This document shows positions 22,624 through 32,000 of a stretch of 32,000 bases of DNA, piece after piece. The DNA is taken from contig NC_016893.1 of NCBI RefSeq assembly GCF_000247565.1, positions 240,001 to 272,000 on the forward strand, given 5' to 3'. Position 1 is the stretch's first letter. Each line of letters opens with the position of its first letter. Below the pieces are notes generated by a model, which saw only the letters and a program-made list of their open reading frames with translations, searched no databases and was not told where the DNA came from. Position numbers and translations under genes: made by a program. Origin of the DNA: Wigglesworthia glossinidia endosymbiont of Glossina morsitans morsitans (Yale colony). GTDB lineage: Bacteria > Pseudomonadota > Gammaproteobacteria > Enterobacterales > Enterobacteriaceae.

Positions 22624-23936
22624 AACCAATTTTTAATTTTAAATATAAGTTGATATATTATTGACGAGAATGCAATACTCCCTGTAACCCATAAGAACAA
22701 ATTAATTAATTTTTCAGATCGGTATTGTTGCATACTGGGCAAAGTATATATTGCATATGTCGGAATTAAAAATAAAATTATTGCTATAATTGGTCCGCTT
22801 ACATATTCGATAATTTCAAGTATACTGGGATTAAATACTGCCGAAAACCATGCACTAATAAAAACTATACTATTTATTGTGATATTTTTTATATAAAAAT
22901 TTTTTTTATTGTTGTATTTTTTAAAAATCAAAACAAATACATTATTTAGTCCTTCTTTCGCTCCTATGTAATGTCCAAGAAATGATTTAGTAATAGCTAT
23001 TGTTGCTAATATAGGACCAAAATCTTTTAAAAAAGAATTTTGAAAACGTATTGAAAAATAAGATAAAATTGATACGTTTTGATTTTTAGCTTCTATCATT
23101 TCTTCTGTTGTGATACTAAATATGCAGCTACATACAAAAAATATTACAGTAGTTGTCATTAAAATATGACTATAAAATAGTATTCGAGGACATATTTTTT
23201 TAGCGTATATTTGACATTCTTTTTTTTTATTAATTACGAAAGATGAAATAATAGGAGAATGATTAAAAGAAAATATTATTATTGGAATAAGATTCCATAT
23301 TGCATGATAAATTTTAAAATTATATTGATGAAAAAAATTTTTTAATTCATGAAAAATAGAAAAATTCCAAAATTGTATTAAATAAAAAGATAAAAATAAT
23401 AAAGATAGAATAAATGGAAATACTAAAATGCTCATAAATTTAACAATAAACTTTTCTCCTATTAAAATAATAAACATTAATAAAAAAATTAAAAAAGAAG
23501 CAAGTATAAAACGCGGTATCTCGTAACCATTTATATGATGCGTTATGAAAAAATTCACCGTGTTAGTAATTGCCGTACTATATATGAGTAATATTGGATA
23601 AATAGAAAGAAAATATAAAATAGAAAATAACAAAGATGCTTTGCCCCCAAAATTTTCGTCTATCACCTGAGAAATACTCGAATCTTTTTTATTTCCTAAT
23701 AATACTAGACGTGCCAAATTTCTATGCGATAAAAATGTTATTGGAAAAGCAATTATTATTAAAATTAATAAATATAATATTCCTCCAATACCGATATTAA
23801 TTGGTAAAAACAAAACTCCTGCTCCTATTGCAGTTCCATATAAACTTAATATCCATGTGATGTTATTTTTATTAAAAATATTATGATAATCTTGATATTT
23901 TTTTTTAAAATAATTTTTTTTAAAATTTTCTAACAT
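22620..23936 (-). CDS. sdaC: Serine transporter of the HAAAP family (SdaC-like)
   Basis: 438 aa; ITWILSLYGTAIGAGVLFLPINIGIGG, YPILLIYSTAITNTV, FSFNHSPIISSFVI, IAITKSFLGHYIGAKEG, SGPIIAIILFLIPTYAIYTLP closely follow E. coli SdaC. Confidence 0.88.
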   Translation of the reverse strand: MLENFKKNYFKKKYQDYHNIFNKNNITWILSLYGTAIGAGVLFLPINIGIGGILYLLILIIIAFPITFLSHRNLARLVLLGNKKDSSISQVIDENFGGKASLLFSILYFLSIYPILLIYSTAITNTVNFFITHHINGYEIPRFILASFLIFLLMFIILIGEKFIVKFMSILVFPFILSLLFLSFYLIQFWNFSIFHELKNFFHQYNFKIYHAIWNLIPIIIFSFNHSPIISSFVINKKKECQIYAKKICPRILFYSHILMTTTVIFFVCSCIFSITTEEMIEAKNQNVSILSYFSIRFQNSFLKDFGPILATIAITKSFLGHYIGAKEGLNNVFVLIFKKYNNKKNFYIKNITINSIVFISAWFSAVFNPSILEIIEYVSGPIIAIILFLIPTYAIYTLPSMQQYRSEKLINLFLWVTGSIAFSSIIYQLIFKIKNWF

Positions 23937-24107
23937 AAATTCTCCATATTTTTTATTTTACTTGATTATTTTATTGAAATATCAGATAAATACATATTTA
24001 ATTGTTATTCTTAAAATAAATTTAAATAGCGTTGATTAGTTATTTGTTTTAAGTAAAAAATATATGTGATTGAAAAATAACATTTATAGATAAATTTTAA
24101 AATTTTA

Positions 24108-25097
<990 letters not shown>

Positions 25098-25550
25098 TTA
25101 ATAGTAGTTTGTGTTTATAAAATTTTGTACATGTTTAATATAAAATGTTAAATTCTATATATTATACACTGAATTAAAAATATGTTAGAATTTAGTATAA
25201 ATATAAAATAGTTTAATATTATTTATTTTTTATTAAAAAATCTAAAAATAATTTTTTTAAATTTAAATAACAAGGTTTATTATTTAAATCTAAAATTTAA
25301 TTTTTAATAATATATTAATTTTTTTTTAAAAATTTTTTTATTTAAAACTAAAAAATAAAATCTCAAGATTATTCTTTTAATTTTTAAAATAAAATTTAAG
25401 TATCAATAAAAATAAATCTATAAAAAAATTCTATTTTATTTAAAATACAGATAAATAACATATCAGCAATCTTAAAAAGATATAATTTTTATGAAATTTT
25501 TCTTTAAAACTATATTTTTGCATTTTAATTAACGAATTAAATCTTTAATT

Positions 25551-26055
25551 ATGTTAAAAAAAATTTATTTTTTTGATATTTTAATAAAATTAATATTAAT
25601 TTACTTATTTTTAACTATTATAAGTTTTCAAGAAATAGATTCTAATTGGTTTAAAATATCTTTTCAAGATACTGTCGTTAATTTTGGTGGAAAATTTGGT
25701 GCTCAATTATCTGCTACTCTTTTTTTATTTTTTGGAAAAATAACATATATTATCCCATTAGTATTATATTCTATTTTTTGGAGATTTTTTTTTTAAAAAA
25801 AAATACGAAATAAATTTTGTACATATTACATGTATTATAATACATAGTTTTTTATTTATTATATTATCTTGTTGTTTATTATCTTTAAATTTTAATTTTT
25901 TATCAAACGACAATTTTCTTGGAGGAATAATTGGAATCACATTGAATATTATTTTTCAAAAAATGTTAATAAATATATATTATATAATTTTAATCACAAT
26001 ATTTTTATGGATATACAGTTTAATTTTATTCATTTTATGCTTTATTAAAAAATAA
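25551..26055 (+). pseudogene. ftsK: Stand-alone FtsK N-terminal membrane domain, split by a 1-nt frameshift in a T10A9 tract (25785-25803); linker and motor absent
   Basis: Frame 1: MLKKIYFFDILIKLILIYLFLTIISFQEIDSNWFKISFQDTVVNFGGKFGAQLSATLFLFFGKITYIIPLVLYSIFWRFFF, matches E. coli LLILIVLFAVWLMAALLSFNPSDPSWSQT...NLGGMPGAWLADTLFFIFGVMAYTIPVIIVGGCWF. Shifted frame: KKKYEINFVHITCIIIHSFLFIILSCCLLSLNFNFLSNDNFLGGIIGITLNIIFQKMLINIYYIILITIFLWIYSLILFILCF, matches E. coli [49 protein letters not shown]...LLCVWAAGLTLFTGWSW. Position between trxB and lolA as in E. coli. Confidence 0.87.
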
Positions 26056-26163
26056 TTACAATTTTAATTAAAATTTATAAAAAAATAAAAATTAATTTAT
26101 TTATACATTAAATAAATTCAAAAAAATTATACTACGTTTTAATTAACAAATAAAAATTTCATC

Positions 26164-26796
26164 ATGTCTACTATTTTTTATATGATAAAAAAACTCTATA
26201 TATATATGATATTGTATATATATTTAATTATTTATAATGTTTTTTCTGACGATTCATATCTTTTATCAAAAAGATTAAGATTAATTAATAGTTTTTACGC
26301 AGGAATAACGCAAAAAATTATCAGTTCTTCAGGAGATCTCGTGCAAGAAAGTTCAGGTGAGATTTGGATGAAAAAACCAAATTTGTTTAAATCACATATT
26401 TTTTCTCCTTACGAAAGTATTGCAGTATCTGATGGAAAAACATTATGGTTATATGATTCTACTACTAATCAAGTTATAGCTTATTGGTTGCATCAAATCA
26501 TTAATGATACTCCTTTATATTTAATTATGAATCATGATCAAAACCATTGGAAAAATTTTCACATAAAAAGTATTGGCAATATTTTTTATATTTTTTCTAA
26601 AACTAAAAATTCCAGTTTTAAAAAAATTACTATAATTATTAATAATCAAGGAATTTTAAAAGAACTAAATATATTAAGTAACATTAATTATCAAACAAAT
26701 TATTCATTTCATATAAAAAATACTAAATTATATCCTAATTTTAAATTTAACTTTAAAATTCCAAAAGGGGCTACATTAGATGATCAAAGAAAATAA
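26164..26796 (+). CDS. lolA: Outer-membrane lipoprotein carrier protein LolA (start perhaps at M7, 26182)
   Basis: 210 aa; signal-like hydrophobic N-terminus, GEIWMKKPNLFKSHIFSPYESIAVSDGKTLWLYD, C-terminal FKIPKGATLDDQRK; immediately upstream of serS with rarA missing. Confidence 0.92.
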   Translation: MSTIFYMIKKLYIYMILYIYLIIYNVFSDDSYLLSKRLRLINSFYAGITQKIISSSGDLVQESSGEIWMKKPNLFKSHIFSPYESIAVSDGKTLWLYDSTTNQVIAYWLHQIINDTPLYLIMNHDQNHWKNFHIKSIGNIFYIFSKTKNSSFKKITIIINNQGILKELNILSNINYQTNYSFHIKNTKLYPNFKFNFKIPKGATLDDQRK

Positions 26797-26861
26797 AAAA
26801 TTGATAATTTTTTTTTAAATTAAAATTAAATTTTTTTAAATATATTTATAAGAGAAATAAT

Positions 26862-28151
26862 ATGATTAATCCAAAATTTTTACGCAATAATATTGAAGAA
26901 GTTTCTAAAAATTTATCTTTAAGAAATTTTATTTTAAATATCGATAAAATTCAAAAATGGAACAAAATTAGAAAAAACTTGCAACTAGAAGTAGACAAAT
27001 TAAGATCTCAACGTACATTACAAGCAAAAAAAATTCATATTTTAAAAATACAAGGTAGCAGTATCGAAATTTTAAAAAAAGAATCGTTTGAAATTAATCA
27101 ATTATTAAGCATTAAAAAAACACAGCTGGATTCTATAAAGAAAAAAATAAATGATTATTATTATTCTATCCCTAATCTTTTATCTAAAGATGTACCTTTA
27201 GGAAATAATCAAAGTCGAAATGTTGAAATAAAACGTTGGGGTCATCCAAAAAATTATCAATATAAAATTAAAAATCATGTAGAAATTGGAGAAAATTTAC
27301 ATCAATTAAGTATATCACGAGCTGCAAAAATATCTGGTAGTAAATTTGTACTTCTATGCGATAATATTGCACATATGCATCGTGCATTATCGCAATTTAT
27401 GATGGATTTACATACAATAAAACATGGATATATAGAATATTATTTACCTTATCTTGTACATAAGGACATGTTATATGGAACTGGTCAATTACCTAAATTT
27501 TACAATGATTTTTTTTATGTAACATCATATTATAAAAAAAAATATCATAATTACACATTAATTCCTACAGCAGAAGTTCCATTAATAAATTTAATGCGCA
27601 ATGAAATTATAGAAGAAAAAACATTACCAATTAAAATGACGGCTCATACTCCATGTTTTCGTTCAGAAGCAGGTTCATACGGCCAAGATACTCGAGGGTT
27701 AATTCGTGTACATCAATTTGATAAAATTGAAATTGTACAAATTGTGAAACCTGAACAATCTATGCAAGCTTTGGAAGAAATTACACTGCATGCAGAACAT
27801 ATACTCGAATTATTATGCTTACCTTATAGAAAAATACTATTATGTTCAGGAGATACTGGGTTTTCTTCATGCAAAACATATGATTTAGAAGTCTGGATGC
27901 CGTCGCAAAACATATATAAAGAAGTTTCTTCATGTTCGAATACTAGCGATTTTCAATCTAGACGTATTAAATTGCGTTATAAAGATAAAAAAAATAAAAA
28001 AATACAATTTGCTCACACATTAAACGGATCAGCTTTAGCTATCGGAAGAACGTTAGCAGCAATAATCGAAAATTATCAAACAAAAGACGGCTATATTGTA
28101 ATCCCTAAAGTATTACGATCTTATATGCAAGGAAAATCTATCATTCAATAA
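26862..28151 (+). CDS. serS: Seryl-tRNA synthetase
   Basis: 429 aa; class II aaRS motifs: LIPTAEVPLINLMRNEI, FRSEAGSYGQDTRGLIRVHQFDKIE, NGSALAIGRTLAAIIENYQ. Confidence 0.98.
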   Translation: MINPKFLRNNIEEVSKNLSLRNFILNIDKIQKWNKIRKNLQLEVDKLRSQRTLQAKKIHILKIQGSSIEILKKESFEINQLLSIKKTQLDSIKKKINDYYYSIPNLLSKDVPLGNNQSRNVEIKRWGHPKNYQYKIKNHVEIGENLHQLSISRAAKISGSKFVLLCDNIAHMHRALSQFMMDLHTIKHGYIEYYLPYLVHKDMLYGTGQLPKFYNDFFYVTSYYKKKYHNYTLIPTAEVPLINLMRNEIIEEKTLPIKMTAHTPCFRSEAGSYGQDTRGLIRVHQFDKIEIVQIVKPEQSMQALEEITLHAEHILELLCLPYRKILLCSGDTGFSSCKTYDLEVWMPSQNIYKEVSSCSNTSDFQSRRIKLRYKDKKNKKIQFAHTLNGSALAIGRTLAAIIENYQTKDGYIVIPKVLRSYMQGKSIIQ

Positions 28152-29122
28152 AGACTAATTAATCAATTTATCGTAAATATTTTAAAAAAAGTTTTATTAA
28201 AAATTTTTTTGATATTATCCAGTAAAATTTAATTTATAAAAAAATTGAATAAATATAAAAAAATTAAAAAATAAACAATACGAATATGATTATATTTAAA
28301 AAATATATATTACTTATTGGTAATAACTTTTTCGAAGATATTTTGAACTATTTTAATTGCTTAGATCATCAAAAACTGTTTTTTATAAAAAAAATCATAA
28401 AGATAAAATTATTGAAAATTTATAATTTTTTAAAAATTATAAATAATTCTCGAATATAAAAATTATAAAATTTTTTACTTTTTAAATAAAAGTAAAACTT
28501 TTTATCTTCAAAAAATTTTAAATAAATTTTAATTTGGTAGTTGTTAATTATTTTTTTATAACATTTAATACTAAATAGTTAAAAATTTTATTTTTATTTT
28601 AAAATATTTAAAGATATATAGATTAAAAATTTTTAATTTATAAACTATAATGTTCATTTTATTGTTAAATAAAAAAAATTGAAAACTAAAATACACAACA
28701 TTTAATGTAATTTTAAATTAAAATATATTATAAATTTTTTAAATCAATTTTTATTTCTGATTTTTTTAAATATATATTATTTTCATATAATTAGTTTTTT
28801 AAATTTTTAATACTATTTTATATAAATTAAATATTTTTAATTTTTATCAACTTTATGTAAGAAAAATGAATATTTTTTTTTATTTATACAACAAAAAAAT
28901 TTTAAATTAATTTTAATTTTTTATAAAAAATCAGTTATATCTTTATTTATTAAAAAAATATTTTTATATAAGTAAATTTTGCAAAAAATATCTTAAGTAA
29001 GATTTTAGAATTTTTTTTTAAAAAACTATTTTTTTGAAAAAAAAGATTATAAAATATTAATTAAAATTGAATTAATTTAACCGGAGTTTATTTAAAAAAT
29101 AAGCTCCGGAAAAATATAAGTA

Positions 29123-29722
29123 CTATAAATCGTTTAGATGCTTAGATAAGTATTCAGAAACCCCATTTTTTGAAGGAATCATTCCAGATTTATTTTTTCT
29201 CCATTGCGCTGGACAAACATGACCATGAGTTTCATGAAAACTTAATGCATCGATAACGCGTATAATTTCATCAATATCTCTTCCTAAAGGCAAATCATTT
29301 ACTATTTGATGACGAATTATCCCATCTTTATCAATTAAAAAAGACGCTCTTAACGCTACTCCTAGATGAGGATGTTCAACATGGTACGACTGTATAATAT
29401 CTCTTTTTATATCTGATACCATAGGATATTTAACTGGACCAATTCCTCCTTTTTGAATTTCAATTGATTGCCATGTTTGATGTGAATATACAGTATCTAT
29501 CGATACACCTATGATGTTGACATTTCTATTTTTAAATTCATTATATCTTTTGTTAAATGCAATTAATTCTGATGGACATACAAATGTAAAATTCATTGGC
29601 CAAAAAAATAAAACAGCAGTTTTATTTTTTATATAGTTAGATAAATTAAAATCTTGTATGATCTTCCCGTTTGGAAAAATTGCAGGTGCAGTAAAATCAT
29701 GAAATTTATGTGCAATTAACAT
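29123..29722 (-). CDS. Typical 2-Cys peroxiredoxin (AhpC/TSA family)
   Basis: 199 aa; MNFTFVCPSEL peroxidatic Cys and GHVCPAQW resolving Cys; GVSIDTVYSH. Confidence 0.93.
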   Translation of the reverse strand: MLIAHKFHDFTAPAIFPNGKIIQDFNLSNYIKNKTAVLFFWPMNFTFVCPSELIAFNKRYNEFKNRNVNIIGVSIDTVYSHQTWQSIEIQKGGIGPVKYPMVSDIKRDIIQSYHVEHPHLGVALRASFLIDKDGIIRHQIVNDLPLGRDIDEIIRVIDALSFHETHGHVCPAQWRKNKSGMIPSKNGVSEYLSKHLNDL

Positions 29723-29972
29723 AGTAAATTCCTTATAAATTATAAAATAATAAAGTATTATTATATAATAAAAATATTTTTGTTAAATAAAACTTTATTA
29801 AAAATATAAAATTTGTATTCATTAATTTTTTTATTTTATAAAAAATATTCTATATAATTTTTTATAGTTTAAATTTTAAAATAAATAATATATGATAAAT
29901 TTATAATATATAAATTCTTTATTAATAAGATTCAAAACATTCTATATAACTTATATGTAAGTCATTATTTAT

Positions 29973-31061
29973 ATGAAAAAAATTTTTAATTTCAATGCCG
30001 GTCCAAGCATGTTACCTAAAGCGGTATTAGTAAAAATAAAAAATGAGTTATTTAATTGGAATAATACTAAAGTTTCCATAATGGAGATAAGTCATCGTAA
30101 TCAAAAATTTTTAGATTTAATTGAGATAATGAAAAAAGATCTAAAAGATCTTTTAAATATTCCTAAAAACTATAATATCTTGTTTTTACAAGGAGGAGCG
30201 CGTACACAATTTTCTAGTATTCCAATAAATTTAATCAAAAATGCATCAGAAACAGCAGACTATATTAATAGTGGATATTGGGGGGAATATGCAGCATGTG
30301 AAGCTAAAAAATATTGTATAGTAAATTTAATTGATGTAATTTATCAAAAAAAATCGCAAAAATTTATTTTACCTATGAAATTATGGAAAATTTCAAAAAA
30401 TAGCAAATACATACACTATTGTCCAAATGAAACGATAGACGGAATTGCAATACATAATACGCTAAATTTTAAAAATAAAATAATTATAGGCGATTTTTCA
30501 TCTACTTTTCTCTCTAGTCCCATTGATATTAATAAGTTCGGAATTATTTATGCTAGTTCACAAAAAAATATTGGTCCATCAGGAATGACTGTAGTAATTT
30601 TTCGTAATGATTTAGTTTTTAGTAAAAATATTACTATACCGTCTTGTTTAAATTATCAATTATTATATAAACATAATTCTCTTTTTAATACACCGCCAAC
30701 TTTTACTTGGTACGCATCTAGCTTAGTATTAAAATGGTTAAAATCTCAAGGAGGATTATTAAACATGCATAAAATAAATCAAAAAAAATCTAAACTACTC
30801 TATAATGCTATAGATAAAAGTAACTTTTATCATAATAATATTGCTCATGAATATCGTTCTTACATGAACGTAATATTTCATTTACCAAATGAAACTTTGA
30901 ACAATCTTTTTTTAAAATTATCGCAAAATTCTGGTTTGCTTTTTTTACAAGGACATCGCGTTGCAGGCGGTATTAGAGCATCTTTATACAATGCAATGCC
31001 AATATCAGGAGTTAAAAAATTAATAAAATTTATGAAATATTTTGAAAAAAATTATGGATAA
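29973..31061 (+). CDS. serC: Phosphoserine aminotransferase
   Basis: 362 aa; FNFNAGPSMLPKAV, MEISHRNQKFLDL, LFLQGGARTQFSSIP, IIYASSQKNIGPSGMTVVIFR, FLQGHRVAGGIRASLYNAMP. Confidence 0.97.
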   Translation: MKKIFNFNAGPSMLPKAVLVKIKNELFNWNNTKVSIMEISHRNQKFLDLIEIMKKDLKDLLNIPKNYNILFLQGGARTQFSSIPINLIKNASETADYINSGYWGEYAACEAKKYCIVNLIDVIYQKKSQKFILPMKLWKISKNSKYIHYCPNETIDGIAIHNTLNFKNKIIIGDFSSTFLSSPIDINKFGIIYASSQKNIGPSGMTVVIFRNDLVFSKNITIPSCLNYQLLYKHNSLFNTPPTFTWYASSLVLKWLKSQGGLLNMHKINQKKSKLLYNAIDKSNFYHNNIAHEYRSYMNVIFHLPNETLNNLFLKLSQNSGLLFLQGHRVAGGIRASLYNAMPISGVKKLIKFMKYFEKNYG

Positions 31062-31099
31062 AACAAAATTTAAATTTAGATATTGTTAGTATAAATAAT

Positions 31100-32000
31100 A
31101 TGAATAATAGTATTGTTATAAATCCTATTTCTTATGTGTACGGTAATGTGTATCTTCCAGGATCAAAAAGCATATCTAATCGCGCAATTTTATTATCGGC
31201 GCAAACCGAAGATCAAACACAATTAATTAATCTTCCAAATAACGATGATATCACAGTGATGTTGCAAGCTCTTAATTGTTGCAAAGTAAAATATAAATAT
31301 CATTGCAACAATCAAACCTGTAACATTCAAGGCAATAAAAATGCATTAAAAAGTTTTGCCGAAATTATATTTCTTAAAAATTCTGGTACTGCTATGCGTT
31401 TGCTTACTGCAGCATTTTCTATAAGAAAAAATAATGTTGTTTTAATGGGCAGTGATAGAATGCATCAAAGACCAATTGGACCTTTAGTAGATGCTTTAAG
31501 ACAAGGTGGTGCAAAAATTAATTATTTAAATAAAAAAAATTTCCCGCCATTAAAAATTTTTGGAGGATATCGTGGAGGTCATATTACAATTAACTGCAAT
31601 ATTTCTAGTCAATTTTTAACTGCTTTACTCATCATGGCCCCATTAGCACCAAAAGATACAGTAATTTATATAAAGAAAAAAATCACTTCACTATCTTATA
31701 TTAAAATGACAATGTCTATAATGAAAATTTTTAATATTTTTGTTCAACATAATAATTATAAAATTTTTTATTTAAAAGGAAAATGTTTTTATAAATCACC
31801 TAAAAAATACGTTATCGAAGGAGATGCATCAAGTGCTTCTTATTTTTTAGCAGCAGGAGCTATAAAAGGGAAAAACGTGCAAGTTTTTGGTATAAATAAA
31901 GATAGTATACAAGGTGAAATTAAATTTGCACATATTTTAAAAAATATCGGTGCTAATATTCATTATGGAAAAAATTATATCTTATGTTCACGTAATCATC
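31100..32000 (+). CDS. aroA: 3-phosphoshikimate 1-carboxyvinyltransferase (EPSP synthase), partial, runs off window
   Basis: Open frame from ATG at 31100: MNNSIVINPISYVYGNVYLPGSKSISNRAILLSA, LKNSGTAMRLLTAAFS, RMHQRPIGPLVDALRQGGAKI, ISSQFLTALLIMAPLAP, EGDASSASYFLAAGAIKG; downstream of serC as in E. coli. Missing from the supplied ORF track because it is truncated by the window edge. Confidence 0.95.
   Translation, partial: MNNSIVINPISYVYGNVYLPGSKSISNRAILLSAQTEDQTQLINLPNNDDITVMLQALNCCKVKYKYHCNNQTCNIQGNKNALKSFAEIIFLKNSGTAMRLLTAAFSIRKNNVVLMGSDRMHQRPIGPLVDALRQGGAKINYLNKKNFPPLKIFGGYRGGHITINCNISSQFLTALLIMAPLAPKDTVIYIKKKITSLSYIKMTMSIMKIFNIFVQHNNYKIFYLKGKCFYKSPKKYVIEGDASSASYFLAAGAIKGKNVQVFGINKDSIQGEIKFAHILKNIGANIHYGKNYILCSRNH

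Noticed and set aside
28286-28459. 57-aa ORF MIIFKKYILLIGNNFFEDILNYFNCLDHQ... in the serS-peroxiredoxin gap
   Set aside because: Composition is what random AT-rich DNA yields (K/I/L/N/F-rich), no SD, no family recognisable.

Overview
AT-rich, gene-dense 32 kb chromosomal segment of a reduced-genome gammaproteobacterium. It looks like an Enterobacterales insect endosymbiont; this is inferred from very low GC, long A/T homopolymers, E. coli-like gene order with deletion scars, and no mobile elements. Gene content on the + strand unless marked (-): murB(-), purH, purD, hupA(-), hemE(-), thiC-thiE-thiF*-thiS-thiG-thiH, hspQ(-), rpiA, glyA, ssb(-), dnaB(-), plsC(-), aroE(-), tsaC(-), def, fmt, trkA, sdaC(-), trxB(-), split ftsK N-domain, lolA, serS, 2-Cys peroxiredoxin(-), serC, aroA (runs off the right edge). 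I see no rRNA, tRNA, CRISPR, phage, IS or toxin-antitoxin genes, and no convincing novel multi-gene system. The best signals are molecular-erosion and recoding-type observations: (1) thiF has one in-frame TGA exactly at a conserved Trp position, followed by 81 intact codons carrying all five functional Cys; (2) a stand-alone ftsK N-terminal membrane domain lacks linker and motor and is split by a 1-nt shift in a T10A9 tract; (3) the murB homologous frame extends 36 codons upstream with no ATG/GTG/TTG, suggesting an ATT start; (4) aroA carries the equivalent of E. coli Pro101->Leu; (5) a perfect 13-bp hairpin sits between convergent purD and hupA; (6) the stop codons of trkA and sdaC are interlocked.
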